64,000 bases of DNA from an uncultured Spirochaetota bacterium (GTDB lineage: Bacteria > Spirochaetota > Brevinematia > Brevinematales > JAOACQ01): assembly GCA_963783575.1 (NCBI GenBank), contig CAWAOD010000009.1, positions 416,001-480,000 on the forward strand, read 5' to 3'. A model generated the notes under the pieces. That model was given only the letters and a program-made list of their open reading frames with translations. It was not told the origin of the DNA and made no database searches. Every line of letters starts with the position of its first letter. Positions within the stretch are counted from its first letter, which is position 1. Shown here piece by piece: positions 1-9,083 of this stretch. The position numbers and the translations under genes were made by a program.

Positions 1-51
1 AAAATAATCAAAATAAAATTTTCTAAAAATATTATATTACCGGAGGTTTTT

Positions 52-516
52 CTGGAAGAAAATATTGAAGTAGTTTTGGCCAGTGTTCGTCTGTTCAAAG
101 ACTTTACAAGCAGTGAATTGGGATTCATATCGGATTATCTGGAAATAAAAAATTATCCTGCAGAAACAATAATTTTCCGCGAAGGAGAGACAGGTTCGGA
201 ATTTTTTGTAATAATTTCCGGTGAAGTCCAGGTATTTAAAGAAGGCGAAAAAAAGAAAGAACATATCCTGGCCAATCTAAAAACCGGAGCCTGTTTTGGG
301 GAAATGTCTCTTATAGACAGCCTCCCCCGTTCGGCAAGTGTAGAATCAATAATTGAGACAAAAGTTGCGATTTTATCGCAGAATTCTTTTCTTCAACTAA
401 GGTTTAATAACCCGGAAGTATATTCCCAGATCCTGCTAAATATGGTTAAGGAATTCAGCTCAAGACTCAGGAATATGGATAATAAATTCGTTAAAATGAT
501 AGGTTTCTTTTTCTAA
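52..516 (+). CDS. cyclic-nucleotide-binding domain protein (start uncertain: CTG52, TTG76 or upstream of the window)
   Basis: IIFREGE...G.CFGEMSLID..PRSASV cNMP-binding signature; no HTH; GGAGG at 42-46. Confidence 0.85.
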   Translation: MEENIEVVLASVRLFKDFTSSELGFISDYLEIKNYPAETIIFREGETGSEFFVIISGEVQVFKEGEKKKEHILANLKTGACFGEMSLIDSLPRSASVESIIETKVAILSQNSFLQLRFNNPEVYSQILLNMVKEFSSRLRNMDNKFVKMIGFFF

Positions 517-519
517 TTT

Positions 520-780
520 ATGGAATGCAGGAAAGAATGCGGCGCCTGCTGCATAGCGGCTTCAATATCATCGCCGATTCCGGGTGAAAACGGTATGTCT
601 TATGGGAAACCAGCCGGAACTCCATGCGTACATTTAACCGATTTGTATACCTGCGCTATTTATCCTTTCAGGCCCTGGGTTTGCAGGGATTTTGCCCCTT
701 CCATAGAATACTGCGGCAGTAACAGGGATGAAGCTCTTAAGATATTGGAATATATGGAAATAATGACGGTAATTAAATAA
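520..780 (+). CDS. YkgJ-family cysteine-cluster (CxxCxxCC) protein
   Basis: CRKECGACC...PCVHL...CAIY..RP.VC. Confidence 0.85.
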   Translation: MECRKECGACCIAASISSPIPGENGMSYGKPAGTPCVHLTDLYTCAIYPFRPWVCRDFAPSIEYCGSNRDEALKILEYMEIMTVIK

Positions 781-795
781 TTATCAGAGGCTGCA

Positions 796-1587
796 ATGAA
801 TGATATCCTGACAGTTTGTATTCGGGTTGCGCGGGAAGCGGGTGATTTTCTTCTTGATAATTTCGAGAAAAAGATTCTTTCAATTGAAAAAAAACCCGAT
901 AAAAGCCTTGCAACAAATCTGGACCGGGAAGCAGAAAGAATGATAACTGATAGAATAAAGGGATTTTTCCCCGGGCATGGCATTCTCGGCGAAGAAAGCG
1001 GTTTGACCGGATCATCGGACGAATACCTATGGATTATAGATCCGCTGGATGGGACACATAATTATATCAGGGGAATAGGCTTATTCGGCGTATCGGTTGG
1101 CGTTGCATTTCATGGCCGTTTTGTTGCCGGTGCCGTGTATCTGCCTGTTTCGAATGAATTTTATACGGGAGAAAAAAATAACGGCGCTTTTAAAAACAAC
1201 AAAATAATTCACGTATCCGATACCGGCAAATTAATTGAAAGTACAATAATCTTCGATTCCGAAATTAGAAATGATCCCAATCTCAAACTGAAAATATTGA
1301 AAGAACTTGCGGGAAGTGTATTCAACATCCGTATGCTTGGTTCATCTGTCAGGCATCTGAGCTACATCGCGGAAGGCAAAATTGACGCGGATATAGAGCT
1401 GCATGACAAGCCATGGGATTTTGCCGGTAGTGTTACCATAATTGAAGAGGCGGGAGGAAAGATAAACTCGCTGGACGGGTATGAACTTACGTATCGCGAT
1501 ACCGGTTTTATTGCTTCAAATGGAGTTTTACAAAAGGAAATTAGTGAAATTATTTTAAATTCAAAAAATAAATTTAAAATAAATTAA
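796..1587 (+). CDS. suhB: inositol monophosphatase family protein (SuhB-like)
   Basis: GEE, WIIDPLDGT.N and PWDFAG motifs. Confidence 0.85.
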   Translation: MNDILTVCIRVAREAGDFLLDNFEKKILSIEKKPDKSLATNLDREAERMITDRIKGFFPGHGILGEESGLTGSSDEYLWIIDPLDGTHNYIRGIGLFGVSVGVAFHGRFVAGAVYLPVSNEFYTGEKNNGAFKNNKIIHVSDTGKLIESTIIFDSEIRNDPNLKLKILKELAGSVFNIRMLGSSVRHLSYIAEGKIDADIELHDKPWDFAGSVTIIEEAGGKINSLDGYELTYRDTGFIASNGVLQKEISEIILNSKNKFKIN

Positions 1588-1603
1588 TTAAAAGGAGCGG
1601 AAT

Positions 1604-2830
1604 ATGCTTCCGGAACTTATAAAAATCCGCCGGGAATTCGATAAAACTGAAATTATCGATGTCGAAAAAGCGGTTTTCGATGAATTGGAAAGAATAAAGC
1701 TAACAATCAGGCCGGGGTCCAGGATAGCCATAACCGCAGGAAGCAGGGGAATTGATAGGATTGATAGAATAATCAAGTCGGTTGTTGAATTTGTAAAAAA
1801 ATCAGGCGGCGAACCGTTTATTGTACCGGCGATGGGCAGTCATGGCGGCGCAACAGCCGAAGGTCAGACTGCGGTTTTAAAAGAACTTGGAATTTCAAAA
1901 GAAAGTACCGGTGCCCCGGTTTTATCTTCCATGGAAGTTGTTGAAGCCGGAGAAATAAATATTCGGAATGATGATAATTTGAAGAACCTGATATTAACAG
2001 ACAAAGGAACTAATACCATCAATGTATGGATGGACAAATTCGCCTTTGAGTCGGATGGGATTATTGTTATAAACAGGGTGAAGCCTCATACTTCTTTTCA
2101 TAGCGATTCGGAAAGCGGATTGCTCAAAATGATTTCAATAGGATTGGGAAAGGCTGTACAGGCTGGAATCATTCATCAGTTTGGAACAGAAGGCTTAAAG
2201 AATCTAATTAAACCTCTGGCTAATAAGGCGATAGAAACCGGAAAGATTATCGCCGGGATCGGTATTGTTGAAAATGCTTACGATAAAGCATTGGTAATGA
2301 AAGCTTTTCGCTCTGAAGAAATTGAGTCAGGAGATAAAAATCTTCTGATAACAGCAAGGAAAAATATGCCTTCATTACCTGCAAAAGATATCGATGTATT
2401 GATTGTTGAAGAAATTGGAAAAGATATAAGCGGAACAGGTATGGATACCAATATTATAGGAAGGATAAAAATAAGGGGCGAGAAAGAGCCCTCTTCCCCG
2501 GCAATCAAAACTATTATAGCGCTTGGCCTTTCGCGGAAAACAAATGGGAACGCATATGGAATGGGCCTTGCAGATTTTATCACCCGGGATTTATTTAAAA
2601 GTATCGATTATAAATCCACATATACAAATGCAATAACATCAACTTTTACTGAAAGAGTTAAGATTCCTGTAATCACTAAAAGCGAAAATGAAGCGATAAT
2701 TATGGCTTTAAAGGTTTCCGGAATTGATAAAAATGAAGATGCAAGAATCGTAAAAATTAAAAATACGCTGGATTTGAATGAAGTACTGGTTTCAAAAAAT
2801 ATTTTCGAAGAGATCAAAAAAACCGAATAG
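1604..2830 (+). CDS. LarA/lactate-racemase-like domain protein
   Basis: AITAGSRGI, PAMGSHGGATAEGQ, NRVKPHT, GKDISGTGMDTN motifs. Confidence 0.75.
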   Translation: MLPELIKIRREFDKTEIIDVEKAVFDELERIKLTIRPGSRIAITAGSRGIDRIDRIIKSVVEFVKKSGGEPFIVPAMGSHGGATAEGQTAVLKELGISKESTGAPVLSSMEVVEAGEINIRNDDNLKNLILTDKGTNTINVWMDKFAFESDGIIVINRVKPHTSFHSDSESGLLKMISIGLGKAVQAGIIHQFGTEGLKNLIKPLANKAIETGKIIAGIGIVENAYDKALVMKAFRSEEIESGDKNLLITARKNMPSLPAKDIDVLIVEEIGKDISGTGMDTNIIGRIKIRGEKEPSSPAIKTIIALGLSRKTNGNAYGMGLADFITRDLFKSIDYKSTYTNAITSTFTERVKIPVITKSENEAIIMALKVSGIDKNEDARIVKIKNTLDLNEVLVSKNIFEEIKKTE

Positions 2831-2839
2831 AGGAAAATC

Positions 2840-3130
2840 ATGATAGAAAGAAGGCAATTTGAAAGGAAATTGCTGGAAATCGATGCGGAATATGATTGGA
2901 ACGGATGTGTTTGTCCTTGCTTTATTGTTGATGTATCGGTTCAAGGGGTAGGAATGAGGGTAAAAGGATGCCTTGCCGTGAATGATAATATTACCCTTAT
3001 GATAGGGATGGAAATGATAAATGCAATTGTTGCACATGTTGACGGCACTTTTGTAGGAATTAAATTCAATAGTTTAACCGAAAAGCAGATGAATTATATT
3101 TTAGATTTGAAAATGGAAATGGCAAAATAA
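2840..3130 (+). CDS. PilZ-domain c-di-GMP receptor
   Basis: RRQFER (RxxxR) and DVSVQG (DxSxxG). Confidence 0.85.
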   Translation: MIERRQFERKLLEIDAEYDWNGCVCPCFIVDVSVQGVGMRVKGCLAVNDNITLMIGMEMINAIVAHVDGTFVGIKFNSLTEKQMNYILDLKMEMAK

Positions 3131-3133
3131 AAT

Positions 3134-3203
3134 ATGCCCCCGTTTCTTCATCGAAAAACGGAGGCACCTCTATATAAATTATATTGAAGCTTGCGCTTCA
3201 ATA
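3134..3203. terminator. two hairpins between convergent genes
   Basis: TGCCCCCGTTT...AAACGGAGGCA and ATTGAAGC-TTGC-GCTTCAAT. Confidence 0.5.
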
Positions 3204-3224
3204 GATATGGGGGGGATTGATTTT

Positions 3225-3842
3225 TTAGAACCAGCCGAAGCTTAAGGATAGTCCGGCATTAAAACCTGAAAGCTTGCTGTCAGTCAGATTAAGGATATTG
3301 ATATTTCCATAAACATACCTGTATCCGATGTATGGTGATACTCTGCACCACCTGGTAATATTGAAATCAACTCCAGCAGTTGCTTCCGAAGCAAAAAACG
3401 CCCATCCGCCGTAATCGTCTTTTTGTGATACATAGCCTATGCTTCCGGAGCCGATCAAAACTTTAATAAAAGGATGAATAATGGATTGCGGCAAAAATAT
3501 ATATCCGAGCATAAGTCCGCCCCATCCGGCTCCGCTTGCATCATTTGTCGCATGCGGACTATAATGCATTGTATATGAAAGCGGCATGCCTCTTCCTGCA
3601 AAACCTATAATCAGGGAATGGTTAATTATAGCCCCAAACTCGGCACCTGCTACAGGATACACATTGCTGTCAACAAGAGTAGCATGTGATGATAAAGAAA
3701 AGTAACCTCCTATTGAATTATTTGATGAATCTAATAATGTTTGCTGATCGAATCCTTCCTGACTGAAAATCTTCATCCAGTCTCTTCCATATGATAATGA
3801 AACTACAGCAGCCAGCAGAAATACAACTATACATTTCCTCAT
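3225..3842 (-). CDS. exported outer-membrane beta-barrel-like protein (paralog of 58712-59323)
   Basis: signal peptide MRKCIVVFLLAAVVSLSYG, amphipathic Gly/aromatic strands, C-terminal FGWF; GGAG SD. Confidence 0.7.
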   Translation of the reverse strand: MRKCIVVFLLAAVVSLSYGRDWMKIFSQEGFDQQTLLDSSNNSIGGYFSLSSHATLVDSNVYPVAGAEFGAIINHSLIIGFAGRGMPLSYTMHYSPHATNDASGAGWGGLMLGYIFLPQSIIHPFIKVLIGSGSIGYVSQKDDYGGWAFFASEATAGVDFNITRWCRVSPYIGYRYVYGNINILNLTDSKLSGFNAGLSLSFGWF

Positions 3843-3877
3843 AAAATACTCCACTTTTAAAATATATAAATATATTG

Positions 3878-3892
3878 GCAATATCTATACCA
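3878..3892 (-). promoter_or_regulatory. sigma54 (-24/-12) promoter
   Basis: minus strand TGGTATAGATATTGC = GG-N10-GC. Confidence 0.7.
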
Positions 3893-3926
3893 ACATGAAA
3901 TAAATATTTATCAAAAATTTAATTCT

Positions 3927-4084
3927 GGGCAGTTCTAAAAACTCATTTATTACCGGCATCGTCATACTGAGCTTGACGAAGTATGGTTACAATTGCCTCA
4001 AAACTTGTCACCCATTGGGTCAGTGCCTGCCCTGAGGAACCGAAGGGGCTCAGGGTTACTTTTATTGAGTTTTTAAAACTGCCC
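3927..4084. mobile_element. 158-bp non-autonomous element (MITE)
   Basis: 19-bp terminal inverted repeats (18/19 match) GGGCAGTTCTAAAAACTCA / TGAGTTTTTAAAACTGCCC, flanked by TTCT direct repeats at 3923-3926 and 4085-4088. Confidence 0.75.
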
Positions 4085-4223
4085 TTCTATAACTAATAAA
4101 GAAATGTCTGGTTATAAGAATTCTACATTATCAATATTAAATAATAATATTCATTTTTTTGTAAAATTGATATATCAGAAATGATTAACTATCATTTATC
4201 AGTTTCAAAATTTGGAGTTGTTT

Positions 4224-5009
4224 ATGAAAAAAAACAAATATGCCGTTATTACAGGAGCCAGCAGCGGTATTGGCGCCGCTTTCGCAAGGCATTTCGCGGG
4301 TGAAGGGTATGATCTTGTCATTACCGGAAGAAGGAAAGACCTCCTGCATGCTCTGGCAGTGGAACTTGAATCGACTTATTCTATTCGTGTGGAGGAAATT
4401 GAGGTTGAATTAACAGATTCAATTCAGGTGGAAAAATTGATTAATAAAATTATGCTGATAGACAATATTGAAATTCTTGTTAACAATGCCGGATTTGGAA
4501 CAAATGAATATTTTTATAAAGGTGACATTAAAAAGTATACTGACATGGTGATGGTTCATGACATTGTTCCGATGATACTTACCTATGCCGTTTTGCCGAA
4601 AATGGTACTGAGTGGTTATAGCGGAATTATAATTAATGTTTCTTCTCTGTCGGCATTAATCCCTTTACCGAAAAATACCGTTTATGGCGGGAGCAAGGCT
4701 TTTTTAATTAATTTTTCCGAGTCATTATCGATTGAACTAAAAGATAAAGACATATATATTCAAGCTCTTTGTCCCGGATTTACCAGGACTGATTTTCATA
4801 AAAAACTGGATATCCCTGAAGATGATCTGAAAAACACCGGGCCGGCCAGGTGGATGACGCCGGAAAAAGTTGTTAAACTGTCTGTCCGTGCCGTCCAAAA
4901 AGGCAAAGTCGTTTATATTCCGGGTTTCTGGAATAAGTTACTTGTATTATTTACCAGGATTATACCGAAATCATTGTTTTATAAATTAGCGGGAAGATTT
5001 TTCGATTAA
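4224..5009 (+). CDS. short-chain dehydrogenase/reductase
   Basis: TGASSGIG, NNAG, YGGSK (YxxxK). Confidence 0.92.
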   Translation: MKKNKYAVITGASSGIGAAFARHFAGEGYDLVITGRRKDLLHALAVELESTYSIRVEEIEVELTDSIQVEKLINKIMLIDNIEILVNNAGFGTNEYFYKGDIKKYTDMVMVHDIVPMILTYAVLPKMVLSGYSGIIINVSSLSALIPLPKNTVYGGSKAFLINFSESLSIELKDKDIYIQALCPGFTRTDFHKKLDIPEDDLKNTGPARWMTPEKVVKLSVRAVQKGKVVYIPGFWNKLLVLFTRIIPKSLFYKLAGRFFD

Positions 5010-6409
5010 CCCTTTTTCTTCCTTTTTTCCCGGTAAAGCATTTTATCAGCTTCAGCAATCATTTCCGAAAATGATTTTGTATTATTTTGAGGATCGAAAA
5101 CTGCAAATCCAAAACTTAAAGAAACTTTAAAAGGCTTTCTTAAATTATTATTTATTGCTCCCAGCATTTCATTTATCCGTGTTTTTATAAATTTCACATC
5201 ATTCTTTACTGAATCGGCCGCAATAATTGTAAACTCATCGCCGCCAATTCTGCCAATAATATCTGATTGTCTGAAATTTTTCTTTAATATTTCAGCCGCT
5301 GTAATAAGTGCAAAGTCTCCTTCGCTATGTCCATACATATCATTTATGAGTTTTAAACCGTCCATATCGGCAAAAATCAGCAGGAACCTGCCGCCGTTTC
5401 TTTTGGCAATCTGGTAATGCTGTTCACCGAGTATTGATACTCCCCGCCTGTTATAAAGCCCGGTAAGCTCGTCTTTCAGGGAGAGGCTGTGAAGTTCAAT
5501 GTTTGATTTTTCAAGTTCGGAAAGGGCTATCCTTAATTTATCTTCGGCCATCTGCCTTTCATGGAATAATTTAGCTTTCAAAAGCGAATTGCTTATCTGT
5601 GCACGGAGGGTCTCATAAATAATAGCTTCTTTTCTATTTAAACCGAAAACTATAAGACCGAAATCAACATCTTTGTCAAGTAGCGGCATAACAATCCAGG
5701 TATTTCTTTTTCTTGAAAGATTCATATTATCAGTTAGAATTTTACGGGTCGGCATAAGCGGGTTGTCAGTATTTTTAGTAATAATGATGTTTTCTTTTAT
5801 CGATAGAACCAGTCTGGCAAACTCGGGCATAATCCCGACCTTCTTATCGGTAATTTCATTTTCATAAAGCAGTATAAAGCATTCTTTAATGCCTATAAGA
5901 GGAAAACTTTCCGATATTATGTCAATTAATTTTTCTCTTGATATGGCTGAGTTCAAAACCTGTAATATATTTCTCAATTCAAAAAACAGAATATCCATTT
6001 TTGTCGAATGATTTGCGGTAATAAGGAAAAGCCTTTGAAAAACAACTACCTGGGCTTTTTGCATTATCAATTCTAACCTGGTTATTTCCTTTTTATTTGT
6101 CAATAAATTGACATAATAATTTCTGATCAGTAATAGCATTTCCGGCCAGAAATCTGCTTTATCCTCAAAGATAACCCTTTCGGACATTGTGATGTCAAGA
6201 AGATCCGGAAATTTTTCCGACTTTGCATTCATTATATCAAATTCAAGGGCTTCTATTAAACTCAGGTATATTTTATTATTCTTAATATTCAAACCCATAT
6301 TATAATGGCTTACGGCTTCCAAAATTTGCTTAATAAGATTTTTTTTATTATCATATTCGAGTATCGAATCTTTGTTTTTGATTACAGTTTTCATTTCATG
6401 ATAATTCAA
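5006..6409 (-). CDS. diguanylate cyclase (GGDEF); probably the C-terminal part of a fusion with the upstream ORF
   Basis: DELTGLYNRRG, DMDGLK..ND.YGH..GD, RQSD I-site, RIGGDEF. Confidence 0.9.
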   Translation of the reverse strand: MNYHEMKTVIKNKDSILEYDNKKNLIKQILEAVSHYNMGLNIKNNKIYLSLIEALEFDIMNAKSEKFPDLLDITMSERVIFEDKADFWPEMLLLIRNYYVNLLTNKKEITRLELIMQKAQVVVFQRLFLITANHSTKMDILFFELRNILQVLNSAISREKLIDIISESFPLIGIKECFILLYENEITDKKVGIMPEFARLVLSIKENIIITKNTDNPLMPTRKILTDNMNLSRKRNTWIVMPLLDKDVDFGLIVFGLNRKEAIIYETLRAQISNSLLKAKLFHERQMAEDKLRIALSELEKSNIELHSLSLKDELTGLYNRRGVSILGEQHYQIAKRNGGRFLLIFADMDGLKLINDMYGHSEGDFALITAAEILKKNFRQSDIIGRIGGDEFTIIAADSVKNDVKFIKTRINEMLGAINNNLRKPFKVSLSFGFAVFDPQNNTKSFSEMIAEADKMLYREKRKKKG

Positions 6410-7329
6410 GATTTCCGGCTTATGCGGAAGTCATGACCCGTAAATTTTTTACAGCCGCAGGATTCCCTGATGACTAATCCCGCCTTTAAATGGGTAATAC
6501 CGGGAACCGGTTTACCGTTGATTTTATCTATAAGCAGTTTCATTGCCAGAAAGGATTGATCGTTAAGCGGCTGAGCAACCGTTGTCAGAGGCGGTGTTAA
6601 ATATTGCGACTGTGCCATATCATCGAATCCCGTAATAGAAACATCATCAGGAACTTTTATGCCGTTTGATTTTAAAACATTTATCGCTGCATCTGCCATC
6701 ATATCATTAGAAGCAACAATTGCATTAAAGTCAGCATTTCTTTCTTTAAGCAGAATTTCCGTACATTTTTTCCCCGACGGGTTTGTAAAGTCCCCCGTTA
6801 TTACAAGATCAGGATCAAAACGGATATTGCATTCCGAAAGCGCTTCGCGATATGCGTCAAATCTCTCTTCTGCCTCAAAATTATTTTCGGGCCCCCGGAT
6901 AAAAGCTATTTTTCGGCGTCCATGCACATCTATGAGATGCCGGACGGCTTCCTTCATCCCTTTTTTGTTATCAATCAACAGGCTTGGTATGCCTGCTATT
7001 GGCATAGATAAACTTACGGCCGGGATTTTATTAAAAGGTTTGATAAGCCTGTCCAATTCCACCATACCGGATAAGACTGCTATTGTCCCGGAAGCCACAA
7101 CAATTCCGTCAAAAACTTTTAAATCGGCAAGTTTGTATACAATATTAAATTGATTGTCAAACTCGTTTGGTGAATTATATATTTTCCCGGTCAGAAAAAC
7201 AATATTTATGCCGTTTTCCTCGGCATAATCGGTTATACTTTTCCAGATCTGGTATTGGTACAAACCATCGAAATAGCTGATCAAAATACCGATTGTCAAT
7301 CTTTTCGTTGATTTAGATTCAGATTTCAT
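6406..7329 (-). CDS. LacI-type sugar-binding domain without HTH; probably the N-terminal part of the GGDEF protein
   Basis: IAFIRGP, ASNDMMA, VPDDVSITGFDD, PPLTTV.QP, RESCGC. Confidence 0.85.
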   Translation of the reverse strand: MKSESKSTKRLTIGILISYFDGLYQYQIWKSITDYAEENGINIVFLTGKIYNSPNEFDNQFNIVYKLADLKVFDGIVVASGTIAVLSGMVELDRLIKPFNKIPAVSLSMPIAGIPSLLIDNKKGMKEAVRHLIDVHGRRKIAFIRGPENNFEAEERFDAYREALSECNIRFDPDLVITGDFTNPSGKKCTEILLKERNADFNAIVASNDMMADAAINVLKSNGIKVPDDVSITGFDDMAQSQYLTPPLTTVAQPLNDQSFLAMKLLIDKINGKPVPGITHLKAGLVIRESCGCKKFTGHDFRISRKS

Positions 7330-7368
7330 AAAACCATCACCAAGCACTCCAAACAACTTATTTAAGAA

Positions 7369-8076
7369 TTATTCCGGCCTGTCAATAAAAATAATACTCC
7401 CTCCGTCAACAAGAGGACCGTCATATAAAGTTACAATTTCAAATCCCGCTTTTTTGATAAAACTGCAAGCTTCAGCTTTATCCTTAATCGAATCAATATT
7501 TCCTATAAAAAAAACCTTATCTTCATAAACACCGCAAGTTCCGCCTAATAATCCGTTTTTAAAGTTATGCTTCCCCGGTATTTTGATTTGAACCGGGTTT
7601 ATATATAATGATTTCAATCCTTTTTTATTAAGAGCATCGAATATTCCATAATCCGATGTTAAAAAATATTTCCCTCCTAATGGCAGAAGGCTGCACCTTG
7701 CATAACCCTGTGAGACATTTATCTTCTCGCAATTTTCGGCCAGATTGATAAGTGTCCGATCGGTTATTTCCAGCTTATGTACAAAGAAATTGACGGATAC
7801 TGCCGCGTTGTAACAGGCGCTTGATGGGTATTCCTTTCCTATGAAAGATTTCCCGCAATGATATTTAATATTATGATCCTTAAGAATTTTTATATAATTA
7901 TCGGGAAGATTGGGAGGGATTACAAGAGTATCGCCGATCTTGCAGAAAAAAATATCCGGGTGGCAGGAAATAGCATCATATGTGATTCCCTCGGTTGAAA
8001 ACTCTATTAATTCACCGTATTTAGAAAGATTATCCATGGCTTTTAAAGGAATTCTACTGTCAATAATAATCAACAC
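7369..8076 (-). CDS. conserved hypothetical protein (DUF6873-like)
   Basis: YDAISCHPDIF, YP....YNA, QGYARCS, G.LGG.CG, DGGSII motifs recalled from that family. Confidence 0.6.
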   Translation of the reverse strand: MLIIIDSRIPLKAMDNLSKYGELIEFSTEGITYDAISCHPDIFFCKIGDTLVIPPNLPDNYIKILKDHNIKYHCGKSFIGKEYPSSACYNAAVSVNFFVHKLEITDRTLINLAENCEKINVSQGYARCSLLPLGGKYFLTSDYGIFDALNKKGLKSLYINPVQIKIPGKHNFKNGLLGGTCGVYEDKVFFIGNIDSIKDKAEACSFIKKAGFEIVTLYDGPLVDGGSIIFIDRPE

Positions 8077-9070
8077 GGTATTCTCTTCCTGAAAGATTTG
8101 AATCTGTTTTAAATATTACTTTTTTGAATGACTTTTCCAGTAGTTTCCTGTTATCTGAGTTATAACCGACGGCATGGTTTATTTCATCGGGGTTGATAAA
8201 AATAGTAATCCCGCCTTCCGATTTTTTTTCAATAAGACTGCTGAAATTTTTCTTCCAGATTTCAGTCCGGACAAGCTCCCGGAATGAAGGATGGAATGGT
8301 CCCGCTGCCAGATTTTCACCTGTTAGAAGCCCCTCGGAAGGGTGAAGCCCCATCCGGATAACCGGTATGCCTGCCTTCTCGAAAATCCGGAAGATTTCGG
8401 ATGCCCAGCGGATGGCTTCGGACAAATCCAGTGGTTTATACTCTCCCCTGAGGTATATTTCTTCAAGTTCCGTCCGTTTTATGACAACAGCGGGATAAAT
8501 CCTGGTGCAGTCCGCTTTTAATTCGGTTATTTTTTCGGCGGTGTATATTGCTTTTTCAAGGCTGTCACCCGGAAGGCCTATCATCATTTGGAGACCGAGA
8601 TTTAAACAGGATTCTTTAATCAATAATGATGCCTTAATTATGTCCTCTGCTGTATGGCCGCGTCCGGACAAAAGTAAAACTTCATTGTCAAATGACTGGG
8701 CACCCAGTTCAACGGTTTTAACACCGTATTTCTTAAGAAGTTTTAACCCATCTTTATTAATAAAATCAGGCCTGGTCGATATTCTTACGGATTGGACAAA
8801 TTGTTTTTTTATAAAAGGTAAAACCACTTGAAGGTATTCTTCCTGAATTTCCAAGGAAAGTCCGGTAAAACTTCCCCCAAAAAATCCAACCTCGATTATA
8901 CTGTTTTCCTTTCTGACAGTTTGCAGATATTTTTCTATAATATCTGTAATATTATCCTGGGAATGGCTCAAAATTTTCCCTGTTATTTTATCCTGATCGC
9001 AAAAAACACAATTGAAAGGACAACCCAGGTGCGGGATAAATATTGGAATTGTATAATGTTTTATTTTCAA
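8060..9070 (-). CDS. radical SAM protein (Elp3/HemN-like)
   Basis: IPIFIPHLGCPFNCVFC (CxxxCxxC), FFGGSFT, STRPD, ELGAQS; probable TTG start at 9070. Confidence 0.85.
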   Translation of the reverse strand: MKIKHYTIPIFIPHLGCPFNCVFCDQDKITGKILSHSQDNITDIIEKYLQTVRKENSIIEVGFFGGSFTGLSLEIQEEYLQVVLPFIKKQFVQSVRISTRPDFINKDGLKLLKKYGVKTVELGAQSFDNEVLLLSGRGHTAEDIIKASLLIKESCLNLGLQMMIGLPGDSLEKAIYTAEKITELKADCTRIYPAVVIKRTELEEIYLRGEYKPLDLSEAIRWASEIFRIFEKAGIPVIRMGLHPSEGLLTGENLAAGPFHPSFRELVRTEIWKKNFSSLIEKKSEGGITIFINPDEINHAVGYNSDNRKLLEKSFKKVIFKTDSNLSGREYRVDYY

Positions 9071-9083
9071 ACTTTTTACCTGA

